A DNA stretch of 64,000 nucleotides from Lingula anatina (GCA_051362555.1 CM120642.1:26350001-26414000); one strand, 5' to 3'; numbered from the stretch's first letter, positions 49,681 to 64,000 are shown. Notes: a model not told the origin generated them from the sequence alone. Translations and numbers: made by a program.

Positions 49681-52600
49681 ATACCTTCTCCTGCTGCTGG
49701 TACTGGAAATCATGGAAACAGAAGACTGGGCATCACTCTCTGTCTGCATGCTGAGCTGAGATGACGACCTCTGACTGGAACGTGAACTGGAATGTCTGGA
49801 ACGCTTGGAGGACTTTGGTTTGGACGACATGGAGTCTGAAACAGGACAGTAGAATGACTGTATATTGAATGGTTATAACATATCCGTAATATATTCATAT
49901 ATTTGTGAAAAGATGTGAAAAGCATTATCAATAAAAAGAGATTGATGAAAACCTTAGTTTTAAAAAGTCTACTTCTTTATTGTATAATTATCACCAGACA
50001 CAATAAAAGTGATATGATATCTAACAGTCTTCTGAAAAATGAATGTTTGTTAATTTTTCATATTCTAACTTTTAAAAAATATGATTACCATTTGCAACAA
50101 ACCACTAAAAGGAAAATCTTCCCCAAGAAAGAACTGAGATTTGTTTAAAAACATACCATGAGATTTTGACGACTTTGAGGACTGAGGCCTTTGCCTGGAG
50201 CTGGTGCGTTTGGTAGACGTTCCTCGGGACTCGCGTTTCCTGGGCTGAACTGATGTGGCATCACTCCCACTTTCCACACTCTCTGCCCACTGTGGCTGTT
50301 CCTCCTGAACCTGAGTCTGGGGAACACGCTGCCTGGCATGAACTTTACTGCCCCTACTGCTCAAATGAAGAATAAGAAGTTAGATTTTTGAAATGTCACC
50401 AACTTAAGTTTAAATTAAAAAAGTACTCAAAGAGCACAAAACTCTGCAAAAGCATCTCAGATAATTTTGACTTACTAGTAACTGATAAATTTATTTACAG
50501 CACCTATTTGAATAAACCATGGCCTTCAGATACAGAGCCCTCCAAAACAGTATTAAAATATAACCCAACTTTGCAAGCTTAGGATAAATTAAATTACACT
50601 ACAAAAAAACACACCCCAAATTCATCTTGTGTTGCCCCGGCAAAAGAGACTGTCGACTGCTCTCAGAGCCAACAAATCCACTGTCTACATCATCATGTGA
50701 CCTCTGTCTGGGTTGCTGCATTTTCATTGGCTGTTGATCCCTAATGGGCGTGGACATACCGCTGTCAGGTACACTGCTGTAACTGCCCCCATCTTGACCC
50801 TAGATATTTAAAGTGTTAAGCAATCAGAGTCCTATAAATTTGCCATTTAAATTAAAAAGAGACTCCAGATGTTCTGGACATGGATTGAAATTCTTTGAAA
50901 TTGTAAGAAAAGCAATATACATACTTTTTAACAAATTGGTGGTTTTTATCTGATCCAAAACCATTTTCAGTTAAGAAATTACGAATCTAATGACTTTTAC
51001 GATGACACAGTTATATGATATCAAAACAGTTGTATTATCAGAATGCTGAAACATCTTTTAGCAAAAATACACTATAAACATTACTTGCCTTTACTCACAA
51101 TGACAAAGTGAAAAACACATCACCTAAAATGACCCTACTACCTTACCAGGTCACCTACCTGGTGTCCTCTTTTATGGTTTTTGTACGTTGGCCCAGTAGG
51201 TGAACTGGAGTCTGTATAGCCATAGCCATCAGGGCTGCTGGAGTTGTACTGCCTCTCTTCATCTCTTGGTAAAGTACTGGAATTTCAACAAAAGTTACAG
51301 TGGTCAATGATCATAAAAATATTGTAATGTATTGAAAGCTAGAGAACATTTATAACCTTATTTTTTTACTGGTCACACTGAATCAATCCTTTATCAATTA
51401 TAAATAAAATGCATAGATGATGCCTTAAATGTGGTAAATTTTTTATTTCATTATCATTCAACTGACTTTTTTCTGCAACAAAATCAATATCTAACAAGGC
51501 TAAAATCAAAGCAGTTTTAATAGAAACAACTGCACCTGCTAAAGTTAAGATTCAAAGCCACACTGGTTGGTGGAAAAAATATAACATGTATTTTCACTCA
51601 CTTTTTCTGCAGGTCTAATGGCAATGGAAAATCTCTTGGGGACTCTTTGCTGAGTTCTTGGATCTTCTCTATCAACTGACTTATCTCCCTGTCCCTATCA
51701 GGTGTCCTAGGCAATCTCTTCAGCCTATCATACCTATCCATAAGAGCCCTGTACTCCTCTTGCAACTGCTGAAGCTTGCTGCCTATAACAGGCTCCACAG
51801 GGGCATCTAAAGTATCAGTCACACTATCAACCTTTGACGGTTTCTTTTTCTGCTTTACTGAAGTGCTGGACGTCCTTGACCTTGGAGGCGAATGACCATG
51901 ACCTTGACCCTTATTATGATGACCATGACCTCCACCATGTGAAGAATGCCTGTGAGAATGTTCTTGGAAAGGAACTCTACTGGAAGGCCTGGAGTCCAAG
52001 TCCTCTTTCACACGTTCCCCAATTGCCTCAAGTTTCATACCAAGTTTAAAGAGTTCTCCCTCCATCTCCTTATCCTCATCAAAGTCCATGTTGGTACCCC
52101 CACTTGCCAGGGTCCCCTGCCTTCTCATTTGTTCGTGGTTCTCCTTGGCTGCCCTGTAGTCTTGCTGGAGTTTGTCAAACTCTGACCTGATCTTGTTGTA
52201 GACAAGTTCTTGTTCTGCTGGTTCCAGCTGATGCTCATTCAACAGCATTTCAAAAGAGTTGAGCTGGAAATAAAGGTATTAAAATGAATGATTATAAGCT
52301 TTTATATAAATATTAATGTACCATCATTTTCTTTGTGCACTTAGAATATCAAGTGACAAAAACTGGCTGAGCAGAACATCCTACTTGGAGAAAGGTCATT
52401 AGAAAAAGTAACAATTACAGCCTACTTCCTTTATTAAAAAACTCCTTACTGAGGTGACAGATTATGATTATGTACAATTCCTTACACTATGCTCATAACT
52501 TATATTAATCTAATGGGAAAAGCCCTCAAAGCTCCACATATAGCATTCTGAGTTTATCAATTATTTTAAGTTAAATCTTGAACACAGTTGTACCTTGTCC

Positions 52601-55600
52601 TCGAGACCTTTAGCCTGAAATGTTAAGGCCAGCTTCCAGCTTTCTCCGCTAGTGGTTGCAGTGAGAGATGAGTTGCCATCCAGGCCTGAGGTATCATTGG
52701 AGGAGTCATGTTGCTGTGGTGACTGCATAGTGGCATCACCTGGTGACTGTCCCGCACTCAACTGAGCTATAACAAGATGTGAGATTGTTAACCATTTAGC
52801 ATTGTGTTTTGCTTTCACATAAGTGTACAAATCTAGCAGTTAAGTCCATGTACAAGCCTAAAACCTCTTTATCATGTGATCTTTCAACTTCAAGCTTAAG
52901 ATTCATTAAATCATTCTTGGTTAAAGGGTAATACCAATAGATTATATAATCAAACTACAGGTATATTCAGGGAGGACACAGGGTGGGATCAAAGGCATGT
53001 GTATGTATCCCCCTACCTCAACCCCTCCACATACATTTTTACTAGCAAAAATGCCAAGTGTAGAAAATAGAAAAATCCCCCACCCAAAGCCTTCCTTAAA
53101 TATCACTTGGTCTGCCAATCAGAATTGCATTATCATTCACAATCCATGTTTCTAAGAATTTCCCACTGCACAGGTTTATTATTTGTTCTGAGAGCAGAAG
53201 ATAATAAAGATGTATCTGTTTCTTGTACTTAACAGCTGTTTGTTTAACAGAGCAGAAGAACTTGGTGCATGATAACAGTGTGAGGTATATATACAACTCT
53301 GGTCTGAGGTATTTTACCTCACCTCATCTTGTACATAAATCATTTCTACAGAATATGTATCATGCAGTAAACAACTGATATAGCATTACAGATGAAGTGC
53401 TTCATAACACAATAAAGGAGTGTTAGTTTGGCTGCCATTACATTATTTCAGTAAGAGTATTACTTACACAAGCACACTTAATTGGCAAATCCGGAAAGCG
53501 TGCACATGCACTTTTCAATTTCACTTGCCAAAGGCAGCGCAGCAAAGAAATAATCATGTGCATCCTCCTGACAATTACAGAAAAATCCTGGACCCCCCAC
53601 ATGCACTGGTGAATTCAAAGCACCAAAGTTTTTATCAATTCTCCCTCCCCCCCACCCCCAACATAAAAGGGCAATGCTTTAGGAATAAAATGAAATACTT
53701 TGAAAATCTGTGTTAAAATCATTTCACAGCACCTGCAGACTTTTATGAATTATGGTCTGAATCAGTTTTATAGTATTTCAATTTTCTGTTCCATCCTCAT
53801 AAATCAAATCAACTAGCTGTGTGTATGTGACAGAACCATGAAGAATCCAACTCAACAGCTGGGCAGAAAATTTAATAAAGGCAGTTCGTATATACCAGCT
53901 TTTCAAACTGTTTCTATGGGAACAATTTGTAAAGTCAATTTCATCTTTTCCTCATTTTATTTCATCAGCAGAAAGCTGCAGTTCTCATTTACATGGTTTT
54001 TCTGTTTATTACTTTTTTTTCCCTTCCACAAATAAAATCCTGTAAAACGTATAGTGATGTATGAAATTACAATTTCTAAGTACTTTGTGCCATCCCTAAT
54101 TGTGTCCTGTGAAATAATTAAATATTGGAATGGTAAAAACTCTAATTTTTATCTGTTGTTGGAAGAACATTTCATAATTATTTTGAGTTGCAGAACACAG
54201 CTGATGAAATTCGTTGCTGAATCTCTACTTATAAATATGCAGCTGGTAAAAAGTTTTTATATACATGGCAACCAAACTGCGAGCTGCCTGGATCTTATTT
54301 TGTGTCTACAGTTCTCAATTCTAGCTTATCAGTAAAGCACACACAGTTCAGCGGGTAGAAGTCTACGCCACACTCAAGGTCTAAGTTGCTTTAATTCAAT
54401 TATAGGTTCAGGTCAGACGTGAAGGAAATTACTGTCTGCAAAATATGCGCCAAAATGTTGCCGTGGTGTAAAACAACCCACATCTGGCCTTCCTGATAAT
54501 TATATAGATTAACCAACCTGCTGGGGAAAAAAAGAAAGCAAAAACGGAAAAACATTTTCAATTTTTTTTAATGTTCCCAAGGGTATACTATTGCATTCAA
54601 ATGAGGATTATCTTATACTGGTTAAGATTACTACTTACCTTTCTGAGGTCCTGTCCCAATCATCCCCATGGTGGCTCTTGATGTCTTGGGTATATCGAAC
54701 ACCTGTAGTCTCTGTGGCGCCGGCACCACACCCTGGTAACTACGACTGGCCTCTGGGGGGTCCGAGTGAAGGTGGATTTTGGCACCAAGACGCAACTGGT
54801 CAATGGTGACCTCAGCTAAGGCATACTTCTCCAGTAGTTTGTCATAGTCATTCTGATAATGAAAATAAAATTGTACATCCTGTGAGAGGACATGTGATAA
54901 TTCTGATAAGCAATTCTATTCAACAGGATTTTAATTTTCAGTTTCTTTAATTTAATGTCATCTTCAAAAATTATTTTTTATTATACAACAACAACAACAA
55001 AGATAACATGCCTTCCCCAATTAAAAAATTATATAAAAAAGTAAATAAATGAATAAATAAGCCCTACAGATTCTGCATCCTATTTCACTATTTCAAATAT
55101 GGTATCCTTGATGATCTTTTTTTGAATCTTTAAATAAATCCAAGTCACTAACCTGCAGTTGATGAACCAGCTCATCCGTGTGTTTCCTCTGAGTCTTTTC
55201 CTCTTTTAATCTGGCTGTCAGTTGTCCTTTGGAGGCATCAGACGAAATACTCATTATTTCATCGTGCTCTCCGGAACTCCTATCCGACATGACACGAAGA
55301 GGACGATTAGTCCGTCCTCTCACTCCACTGGAGTGTCTGACTTTGAATGTTTTGGATGGTTTCAGTGGTTTATCTGGCAAGATTAATGGGAAACCAGGCG
55401 CACCATGATCAATCTGTCCAAGTGATTCCCTGGTGGCATTTTCTTCCTCATCAAATTCAGAATTCTGTTCAGACTTGGCACTGTAATGATTTCCACTTTG
55501 TGTATTTTCTTCCGTGTACTCAGGTTCACTGGCAGACTGACGTTGTTGTGATTTGGACCAGAAATCGCCAGCCGGCCCAGCACTGTGTGAATCAGCATGG

Positions 55601-58600
55601 GAAATTCCTTGTGGTTGTTTTTGCATGTAGGCTTCCCTGTTGGCTTGAGTAAACATGCCCCTGTTAGAGGATGAATAAGGTTCGTCAGCTCTGGTTTCAC
55701 TATAGCTTGTCTTGGGTTTAGTTTGACTGGACAGTTTGGGGCTCCCCCTACCTCTGCTGCTGTACCCAGACCTCCTACTACTTCCAGAATCAGGCCGAGA
55801 ATCACTGCTAGATTTTTTAGATCGATACCCTGATCTCTGACTGTCACTAGACCTTGGACGGCTATACATTTGGCTGTGAGATTTTTGAATTTTAGGTTCT
55901 CCTTTACTGAACTTTGGTGAGGGTATTCTGCTGCTACTCCCTGACTTGAGACCTTTGACAGGTGTGGACGGTGTGCTGGTCTTTGGTGAAGATCCACCTC
56001 TTCTTGAACCCACAGGGGTGTTTGACCTACTTGTAGGCCTGCTAGACCTTTCACCCAAAACTGGTATTTTACTAGGAGTCTCAGCTCGGAGTGGACTCTC
56101 ATTGCGACTCCATGGACGTGAGCTCGGACTTCCTGTGCGACTGTTTGACTGAGATACAGGTGGCGCCTGGGGTGATCCACTCCGGGTCCATTTTGGAATT
56201 CGACTTGGGGTATTTCTCCCACTGTGTGGGGTATTTGGACGGCTATTCACTCTGCTGCTTGAATGAGATCTTGACCTTGATCGAGATTGTGCTGGCGTCG
56301 TGGACGGACTGTTGCGTGAGTAAACTGGTATCTTACTAGGACTAGGGGTACTTTCCCTTGTCTCAGTCATAAAAAAATCTGAGGCACCTGACACTTGGGC
56401 AATACTGTCATCAAATGAATTATCAAGATTGTCTTCGTACATATTTATCACAGTTTTGGCAGACGTCTGCTGCCCTAATGAGGAGGCAGTGTTTCGGCCA
56501 TCTTGATCAGATTTAAAAGTGTCCAGTCGAGACTGCCTGCTGCTGCCACGACTTCCTTCAGACTTCTGCTCATGAGAGGATTCACTGAAATCCTCCTCCT
56601 CTTCCTCCCCTTCCTCCTCGTAAACAGCATGGATTACATCCTCACTGTCTCCAAGAGTCCCCTGATCGGTCCTGTTCTCTCTTGAGGACTGCAGGTATTC
56701 CATGAGAGGATCCGGGGCTTGGTTGCTATCACTGGCTGCAGCAAGATGGCTTTCCAAATTCTCAAACTCCAACAGAGACAAATTCCTCTGTTGAGTTGCA
56801 GACTGATTTGTTAAGTCATTCTGCGTGAAGGCATCCTCAGCAAAACGAGGATAATTACTAGAGTCTTGTTGGTGAGGAAGATGTCTTGAATCTGTGTTAC
56901 TCTCAGTCAACATACTGTTGTCTTCTTCATCATCACCAACATCTTGGAATACAAGTGGCTGTTGACCTTGGGCATGGTATGGCTGTCCTAAAAATTCCTC
57001 TTCTTCATCCTGCTGGTGTCTCAGACTCCCTAGCTTGGAAGTAGATGGACTATCCTTCTCATTAAAATACACCAACTCTGATTCCTCAGCACTCTGCAGA
57101 GACCTGTGGGAAACATCCTCCTCTTGGAGCGAATCCTCAAAGTCGCTCACATGGAGGCTCTTCTCTTCCATTGGGTGAGAGTCGTCACATGATGCATCTT
57201 GGGTCGGCTGAGAGATACTGAGATAGTTCACTCTGTTGTCAGCCATCTTGTTGTTGTTTTGAGTGGAAGCTTGGGAGGGTGGTTGTTCATGGAGTCCCAA
57301 ACCCGAGTCTGTGCCAGTCCTTTGGGTGAAGTGCTGGGCATAGAGGTCCTCATCATCAATCAGAATGCCGTCTTCATCTAGGAAAATCCCTGGAAAATAA
57401 CATGAAAAATATAAAACACTTCATATCTATAGGTGAACTTCAACAATAATCTAACCTTTTTTTCTATAAATGCCTATATAATATCTCTGAATAAACAAAT
57501 TAGTTAAATCTTTACATTTCTATAGAATTATTTTACGTGCTTCCCTCATTACTACTGACCAGTAGTTGACATTTCAAACGTTTTTGTATTAGTATGTTTC
57601 ATAGTAGATAATATATAATGCCCTGAAAGTATTTACATGTAGAAAGTTTAAATAGCTCATTTCACTAATTCAGTTTTTTCTAGATCTCCTGTTTCAGGAG
57701 ATTCCCGTTTGTTACAGATGAAAAGTTCAGGGTTTCAGATATGTTTTCAAGATGGCTGACAAGTGGTTTTTACATTTACCTGTTTCGTTAGATCTAACAG
57801 TTGGTTACAACACAGCAGCAACAATTCTTCAAGAATACATATTTGACTCTTTAAGGTAAACTCAGCTGCCACACAATCACACATGTTTACCTAACATTCA
57901 TTATTTAGTAGAACAATATTCCCAAGTGTCAATACAATTTGCAGGTTCCATAAGAATATCTGATTATGACTTTTGATAGTACGTATCACATTTATGCTGG
58001 ATGATATACAATTTATGAAGCTGTTCAATCTATTTTACATTGAGTTACTAACTGAGGCAGACAATATATTCAGAGTCATGAATACACAATAAAGACATGG
58101 TACAAGTGGCAGTAATACTCTTGACATTTTGAGTTCATTCAAATACAAAATATTTTATGAGAGATATGGAAATTGCTCTTGTTTGTTAAGAACTGTAACT
58201 GATGCATAACGGTTTTACGGGCTCAATATTCATCTTTCTTTTATATTTGTGTTCATAGTTTGTGACACTTCTATTCTGTGTCATTCAAATCAGCAATCAG
58301 TACGTCAACTGTGCATGCATTAGTATTTATAATGCCTTTTTGTAATGGTTTAAGGCCAGAATTTAACCTTAAACATATCAAATTAAGTTAAAGAAGCTAA
58401 AAAATATATTCTAGTATTGAAATCATATCTTGTAATCCCAGCTTTTTTCCATCCTAAACAAGCCTAGGCTTCAACTGTAATATTGTATAGATCAAAGCCC
58501 AGGTAGCCTAACAACAACAAACATTCTCAGCTGCTGTAAACAACCACAAAGACAGACTTTTGGTGCGTGAAATAAATCTTTTGAATCTGCATTCCACAAA

Positions 58601-59183
58601 CTGAACTGTTTTCAAAATTATTCTTATTTGGAGAAATAAATGCTGATTTCGTGTCCGTTTCTGCTGGTGTTTGATCATTAATGCGTACAGTAGCATGTTA
58701 TAATATTAACAGGTGTCAAATGGCCAAGACCAGCTGGTACAATATGCTTTTTGTATGGTAAGAAGTGCACATTAACCCAAAGATCAGCTACATGAAAAGC
58801 ATTTAAGTTATGCTTTAAAATATTTCATAAATTTAATGAAGTCCATACTAGTATATGTTCAGTCAGATAAATCATTTCTGCCCTTGTTTAATCAAAGAAT
58901 ACTTGTTCAGTAAAAATCATACTTTGAAAATTGCATGAATATTTTTCCTAAAAAGAAAAAGGTCAGAGAAAGTTAATAAGTCTGATTTTGTAACTTGCAT
59001 TTGTTATCATAAGACAAAGTACATATTTCAAGAGATTTATCTTGACAAGGCATTTATCCTCTTACTTTCAAGGGAAAATGCATTAATCTTATACCTTTTG
59101 AAGCATCAATTGATGCAAAAGGTAAATAAATCAACCATCTACCATCCTTATCTCCATACAAACTTACCCTCTGCATTTCCCAT
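46336..59183 (-). CDS. AKNA: Microtubule organization protein AKNA-like, ~1831 aa
   Basis: Exons 59168-59183 (MGNAE-G, least certain), 55153-57389, 54639-54852, 52594-52766, 51602-52263, 51159-51276, 50615-50799, 50157-50356, 49685-49835, 49260-49363, 48750-48946, 47356-48329, 47049-47117, 46779-46836, 46336-46473; phases consistent. AKNA-family blocks: LVHQLQNDYDKLLEKYALAEVTIDQLRLGAKIHLHSDPP, FDEDKEMEGELFKLGMKLE, DSGFVGSESSR, LQSLHEEIAKMKESL, CPLC, and C-terminal LEDSLQEATRSARKLKKITGKM. Confidence 0.87.
47379..47630 (-). repeat. Coding tandem repeat in AKNA: 5 x P[VM]YLQPVTPV with polyQ spacers (111-nt higher-order unit)
   Basis: Translation reads PVYLQPVTPV-QQQQQQTQDQQQQQ-PVYLQPVTPV-QQK twice, then PMYLQPVTPV. 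Confidence 0.92.
49645..49683. repeat. (AAAT)n microsatellite abutting an AKNA splice donor
   Basis: Direct reading. Confidence 0.88.
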
Positions 59184-62100
59184 TTGTGATAATTGAACAG
59201 GTAGGACTATTGAGCAATAAACTGACTTTTAATCCAAATCCTCAGATTTAAGGCATTCGACTATTGATGTCTTTCCTCCCTTCTGTAATCACCAATAAAA
59301 TGCACATTAAAACACACAAGAAAACAAGAATGTGCTCTTTATCTGGAGTGTCCCAGTTCCTGTTTTGTTTGTAGTGTTTAGGAGTTCCTTAAGGATGAAA
59401 AAATCCAATATCCTGGACTACACTGATAATGTAAGTAAAAAAACCACAAAGCCACAGTCATCTCAGCTGCCTTGATTATAAATTGTCCATTAATTTTAAT
59501 CAGATGTAGTCTTTGATTCATAAGCTCCAGAATACCCAGGAACAAATATCATCAATTCACGTACATTTTCACTCCATCAAATTCCTCCTGCTGCTCTGAA
59601 CAGTAATATGCCTCAATCTCTCAATAATTCAAAGCAATGTAAAATATATATTGGTTCAAGTAATGATCCAGACTGTTTCAAAGAACCATTCGATCCTGCA
59701 TGTTTACACTGTCTTCCATATCCTTTGGGTCAAAACATTTATGTGGCAACATCTCTGGAAGAGCCAATTTGGTTACTGAGTAGATCATATAAAGGAGCAT
59801 ACATCAGAGTCTTTAAGAGCTGTAGAAATGATCCACTTAAAAAAATGAAATTTCTCTGGCAATTAAGTGCTCATCTTATTGGCTCATCTCCAAATGCTAG
59901 AAATCCATCAACAATGGAAATCATGGTTGCAGAATAATTCCCAAAAATACATAAAAAAATGAAGCATCAGATGCTCCAATACAATCCTAACAGAAATGAA
60001 TAGACAATGGCTTATACCGTCTTCTCACTTCGCTCACACAGTTCTCCAATTTCTAAAACAATCACGGAAATATTCCTTAGATTCCCTGCAGATGGCAAGC
60101 CTCTTCCTTCAGGGATAATATTCTTCAGTCAAACAGATACTAAACAAAGTGCATATTAGCATACCATGAAAGAAAATACGTGGCTTGTGTTTCTCACACA
60201 ATCACTGTGAAAATTTCCTGGATTCCTGGCAGGTGTCAGCATTCTTCTTCATTGTTTATGCCCTTGGCTCAAACTTATACAAAACAGCTACTATGGGCAA
60301 GTCAGTTTTTCATTACTGAATACAATGTGTGTCTTCAGTATACAATTACATCTTAGACTGTTTTGTCTTGGGCAAAATATATCTAGATTTATATGCTAGT
60401 ACTAATAATTTCTACCATAATTACAAGTCTATATCAATACACTTCAAAGGAAGTCAGCTTTCAGTGAAGATCAATATGGACTTGACAAATGAAGAAAAAT
60501 TGACCAAATTATTCTGCATTACAGGAAACTGGCTTACCCAAGACTCATAATGATAATTCTTCTCTAGTCTTTGACTTAAACTTGAGCTACAGTTGCACAG
60601 AAAACATTTTTAAATCCACTGTTTTTGAGTGAATCTCACAGCCCTGTCTAACCTGTAAAAATCCCTTTCCACTGCCAGATTTTACAGTTTCTCACTTTAA
60701 AAAGACTACTTCACTTGTTATAAAACTCTACTCCCTGGGTGAGATACTTCAGATAACACACTTCAAGGGCTCAATGTTAAAGAGCAAACATAAACTCAAG
60801 CCTTGGGGGCTGTTATTGTGTCTTCTTCTTCTTCTTATCACTATCAATATCCAATGATGAATTATGACCACCGACTACAAGCTCATAATAAAGTGAAAGA
60901 GTATTGACACTCATACTTCAGATTTGCAATTCTCATTCAATATTCTTATGAAGTGCAAAAATGGTGTCCACTGCATTTCATCCTTGTCATTTCCTTGGCA
61001 AATCTGTTTTTCATAATCATGTGTGCTTCTGGCAAAAAATAAAACTACTAGCTGTGTTATATAATGAAATATTCACATAAGTTCTGTTTGCCAACGGCTC
61101 CATACATATTAATAAAACAGAACCAAGTTCACAGCTACTGAGTTGAGAGAATCACCAAAACTGGTTTCACATTAGAATTTCTCTGTGGAGCAAGCCTAAT
61201 GATGCAGTTAATGAGGTAATTGAGAATTAAATAGGTCTGAAATTACCACCTCTCTGGCAGGCCCCAAGGGCAATATCTGACCTGCACAATTACTTTCAAT
61301 AATTAGATGATCTAAATTTACACATTTATCAGCTTTTGCTGTCAGTCACCTTCTGTGCCTCATTGAATTCAATGAAGTCATCTAGTTCTATATGTTCAGT
61401 TTCAAATCCATATAAACTTGTAAACTGAAAATGGTTTTCAAGATCACATTCAATTAGATAGTGATTAATAATAAATATTCTGAAGTGTGAAATTAAGCTC
61501 ACATTAAAAACTTTTTCTTGATATATTTTCAAGCTTTATCACAGACATGCAAACATCAAGCAACCTGTAGTCAATCCCATGACAAAATTCCTCATAGAGC
61601 AATGAGACGAATGATTAATTTTGACATATCTGATTTAAGATTAGAGACACTCGCATTCAAGTTACTTCTGGGTCCCTTAACTATGCAAGGAGTCAAGCTT
61701 ACGATCAATACCAGTTAAGAAGTTGTATTCCCAAGACCATTGTACATTACTATAATTCATTGTGACTATTAGCACTTTTCTGAGAAAAATACAGCAAACC
61801 AAATCAAGATATCAACTGCAGACACTTTACTGCTCAAGACCTGATAGGTTATTTGACTTTTCTGTCCACATTAACATATTTAGCATTTTCTAGTAGAAAC
61901 AAGTCAAAAGCAATGTTGTTTGACTACTTTTCTTACTATCCCTCTCCACATGAAAATGACAGCCACACAAAGTAAAGACATTCTTTATTTAAGACTGCTC
62001 TCATATTTCATCTATAACTGGTCTTCCTCTTCATATTTGATACTTTTGACAGAGCTTCCTAGCAGATAATCCCCAGCTATGTCACTTCTGGTGTTTACTG

Positions 62101-63647
62101 AAGTAAGATAATGTTGTTGTCAGCCAAATGAGTTTTGTGACTAAAAGCATTGACCTGTTCTCTAGCTGCAGAAGCTTTTTTTCTGAGGTACTTTTCTGAT
62201 TATTACTATGGCAAATATATCAATTCCTCTCGAAGTTCAGATGATGCTCAGGAAAAAATCCTCTATTTTTACCCAAAAAACAAAATTACATAAAAAGTCT
62301 TTAAAATGCCTTCATTTTCCATTTTCAATTTGCTGTATCCAATCTTCAAAGTTGTAATTGCGAGATTCCAGATGATGCTCAAATAAAATAATTTTTGTTT
62401 CTCCTACCAATCCCTTTGATTCACAAAGCACGCTGTCTGAAACACCTTACATACTCCACTCCTAATCATGCAAAAAGTAATTTCCAAATTCTCAAGATCC
62501 TGCTGCTTTTGGTCTTGCCCTCGTAGATTCCAATGCCAGTCTGCGGAGTGAGCTAACATTACCTCAAGTTATACTTTCATATTTTTTCTGTCAAACCCAC
62601 GGAGTTAATGTTTCTAGTTAATGTTTCCCCTGCCAGACTCAAATGTTTCCTCTGTCAAGCTAAATCATCTGTTCTAGTTGTTAACCACAAGCTGGCCCCA
62701 AGCTTAAAAGTGTACTTGATGTGTTCACTTCATACTGCCACGTGGGGGACCTGTTTATGCTGGTCCTCTTGTGTGCGTGCATGGAGGCAACGCATGATGC
62801 ACGCTCTCTGGTGCGATCATGTAAGTATATTAAATGCTAACCATCAGTTTGAAATAATCAGCTTTGACTTTTTGAAATATGTACTAAATATTACTGATTT
62901 TGATGGTTGTTTTCAGTTACTCAGTATGTATCTGAAGTAAAAATCATACAAACCTCATCTTGCTTGTAGAAACAACAAAAATTTTCTATAAAAATAATCA
63001 CTGTAGATTTGCAGTCCAATGATATTCAAGTCTCCTTTGTACTTAAAACAGAAATTCACCATTTGTCAAGATTGCCTCCCATCTCTCGCAAAATTAAATC
63101 TTTTTCAGAAATTAGGTACGTGGATACTGTGACATTATTTAATCCTTTGTGGCAGGTGCTCATAGTTCCAATAAGCATAGCTAACCACCTGCCACTGCCA
63201 ACACTAACTCTCAGCTTTTAAAATCTTTTTAAAGAAATAAAGTATCAGGTCTGTATGACGCGTTGTGCTTGGCTGCCACTTTGTAGACGGTAACATGTTA
63301 CCATTTTTGTGCACGTGATGGTATGTGCCATATACTCTTTAGCAATTTTCCATTGAGATATCTATAAGTGCACATATGAATTGAAATCGTAGACCTGCGG
63401 ATAAGAACCCAAGTAAAATGAACTCATCCTTGTTTTCGCCATCTATCATTTTCTTTCCTTTTCATCATGTCTGTATCACTGAGGTTTTGACTCTGCTATT
63501 TATTACTTATTTAACATCACCAACAGGGCAATAAAACTGTAACTTTAAACACAACCCCAGAGTAAACAAGTCAAATTTTACATAATACTCATGTCAAAAA
63601 GAGTTTGCAAAATACCTGCAACTCTGACCCAAGGTTAAAAAACATTG

Positions 63648-63660
63648 GTTGCTTAGCAAC
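63648..63660. promoter_or_regulatory. Candidate RFX X-box (GTTGCTTAGCAAC)
   Basis: Palindromic match to the RFX X-box pattern, ~4.5 kb upstream of the proposed AKNA start. Confidence 0.35.
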
Positions 63661-64000
63661 TGAAGTATAAACATAATCTAATCTCTTAGCAGGGGGCACC
63701 CTGTAGTCACCCTGTAGATTACATTACCAAAGCAGTAAAACATGATACATGTTCACCTGATTTGACACTGGTATTTTGAATTGAATTAGAGGCCTGTAAA
63801 CCAATGATTATATTTTTCTGCGATCATCAAAGCATTACTATTACTAAGTTTTCATTTTTTGTATTCGAATTCAGAATATATGGTAAGAGTTCAAAAGAGT
63901 GAAAATTATACTTGATTTTTTCTAAATCAAAAAGGGACTAAATTACTATTCAATAATTGGGGTCAATTTCATAACCATGCAATGAAGCAAACTGACAAAT

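Noticed and set aside
55383-56222. 279-aa alternative-frame ORF within the large AKNA exon
   Set aside because: It overlaps the AKNA reading frame in low-complexity Ser/Arg-coding sequence and has no recognisable features; most likely a shadow.
59608-59937. 109-aa plus-strand ORF
   Set aside because: No motif, AT-rich, and no supporting exon chain.

Overview
AT-rich, intron-rich animal genomic DNA. It is probably an invertebrate and plausibly a lophotrochozoan, but that taxon is inferred. No prokaryotic-type features were seen (no CRISPR, rRNA or recognisable tRNA). I assembled six spliced genes by hand with GT-AG junctions and consistent exon phases. (1) CCDC180, minus strand, 21 exons from 38614, running off the left edge. 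(2) An arrestin-domain (alpha-arrestin-like) gene nested antisense in a 17.9-kb CCDC180 intron. (3) A five-exon secreted CTHRC1-like gene nested antisense in an 11.4-kb CCDC180 intron, followed 510 bp later by an intact 261-aa single-exon ORF I cannot assign to a family. (4) TSEN15, head-to-head with CCDC180 across ~620 bp. (5) A compact 273-aa two-pore-domain K+ channel that appears to lack the K2P extracellular cap entirely. (6) A ~1830-aa AKNA homologue with a glutamine-rich tandem repeat expansion. The window also holds several MITE-like elements, a near-perfect 79-bp hairpin next to a local duplication, and mini/microsatellites. The cap-less K2P and the nested orphan ORF are the most unusual items. 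I cannot claim a new multi-gene system from sequence alone.
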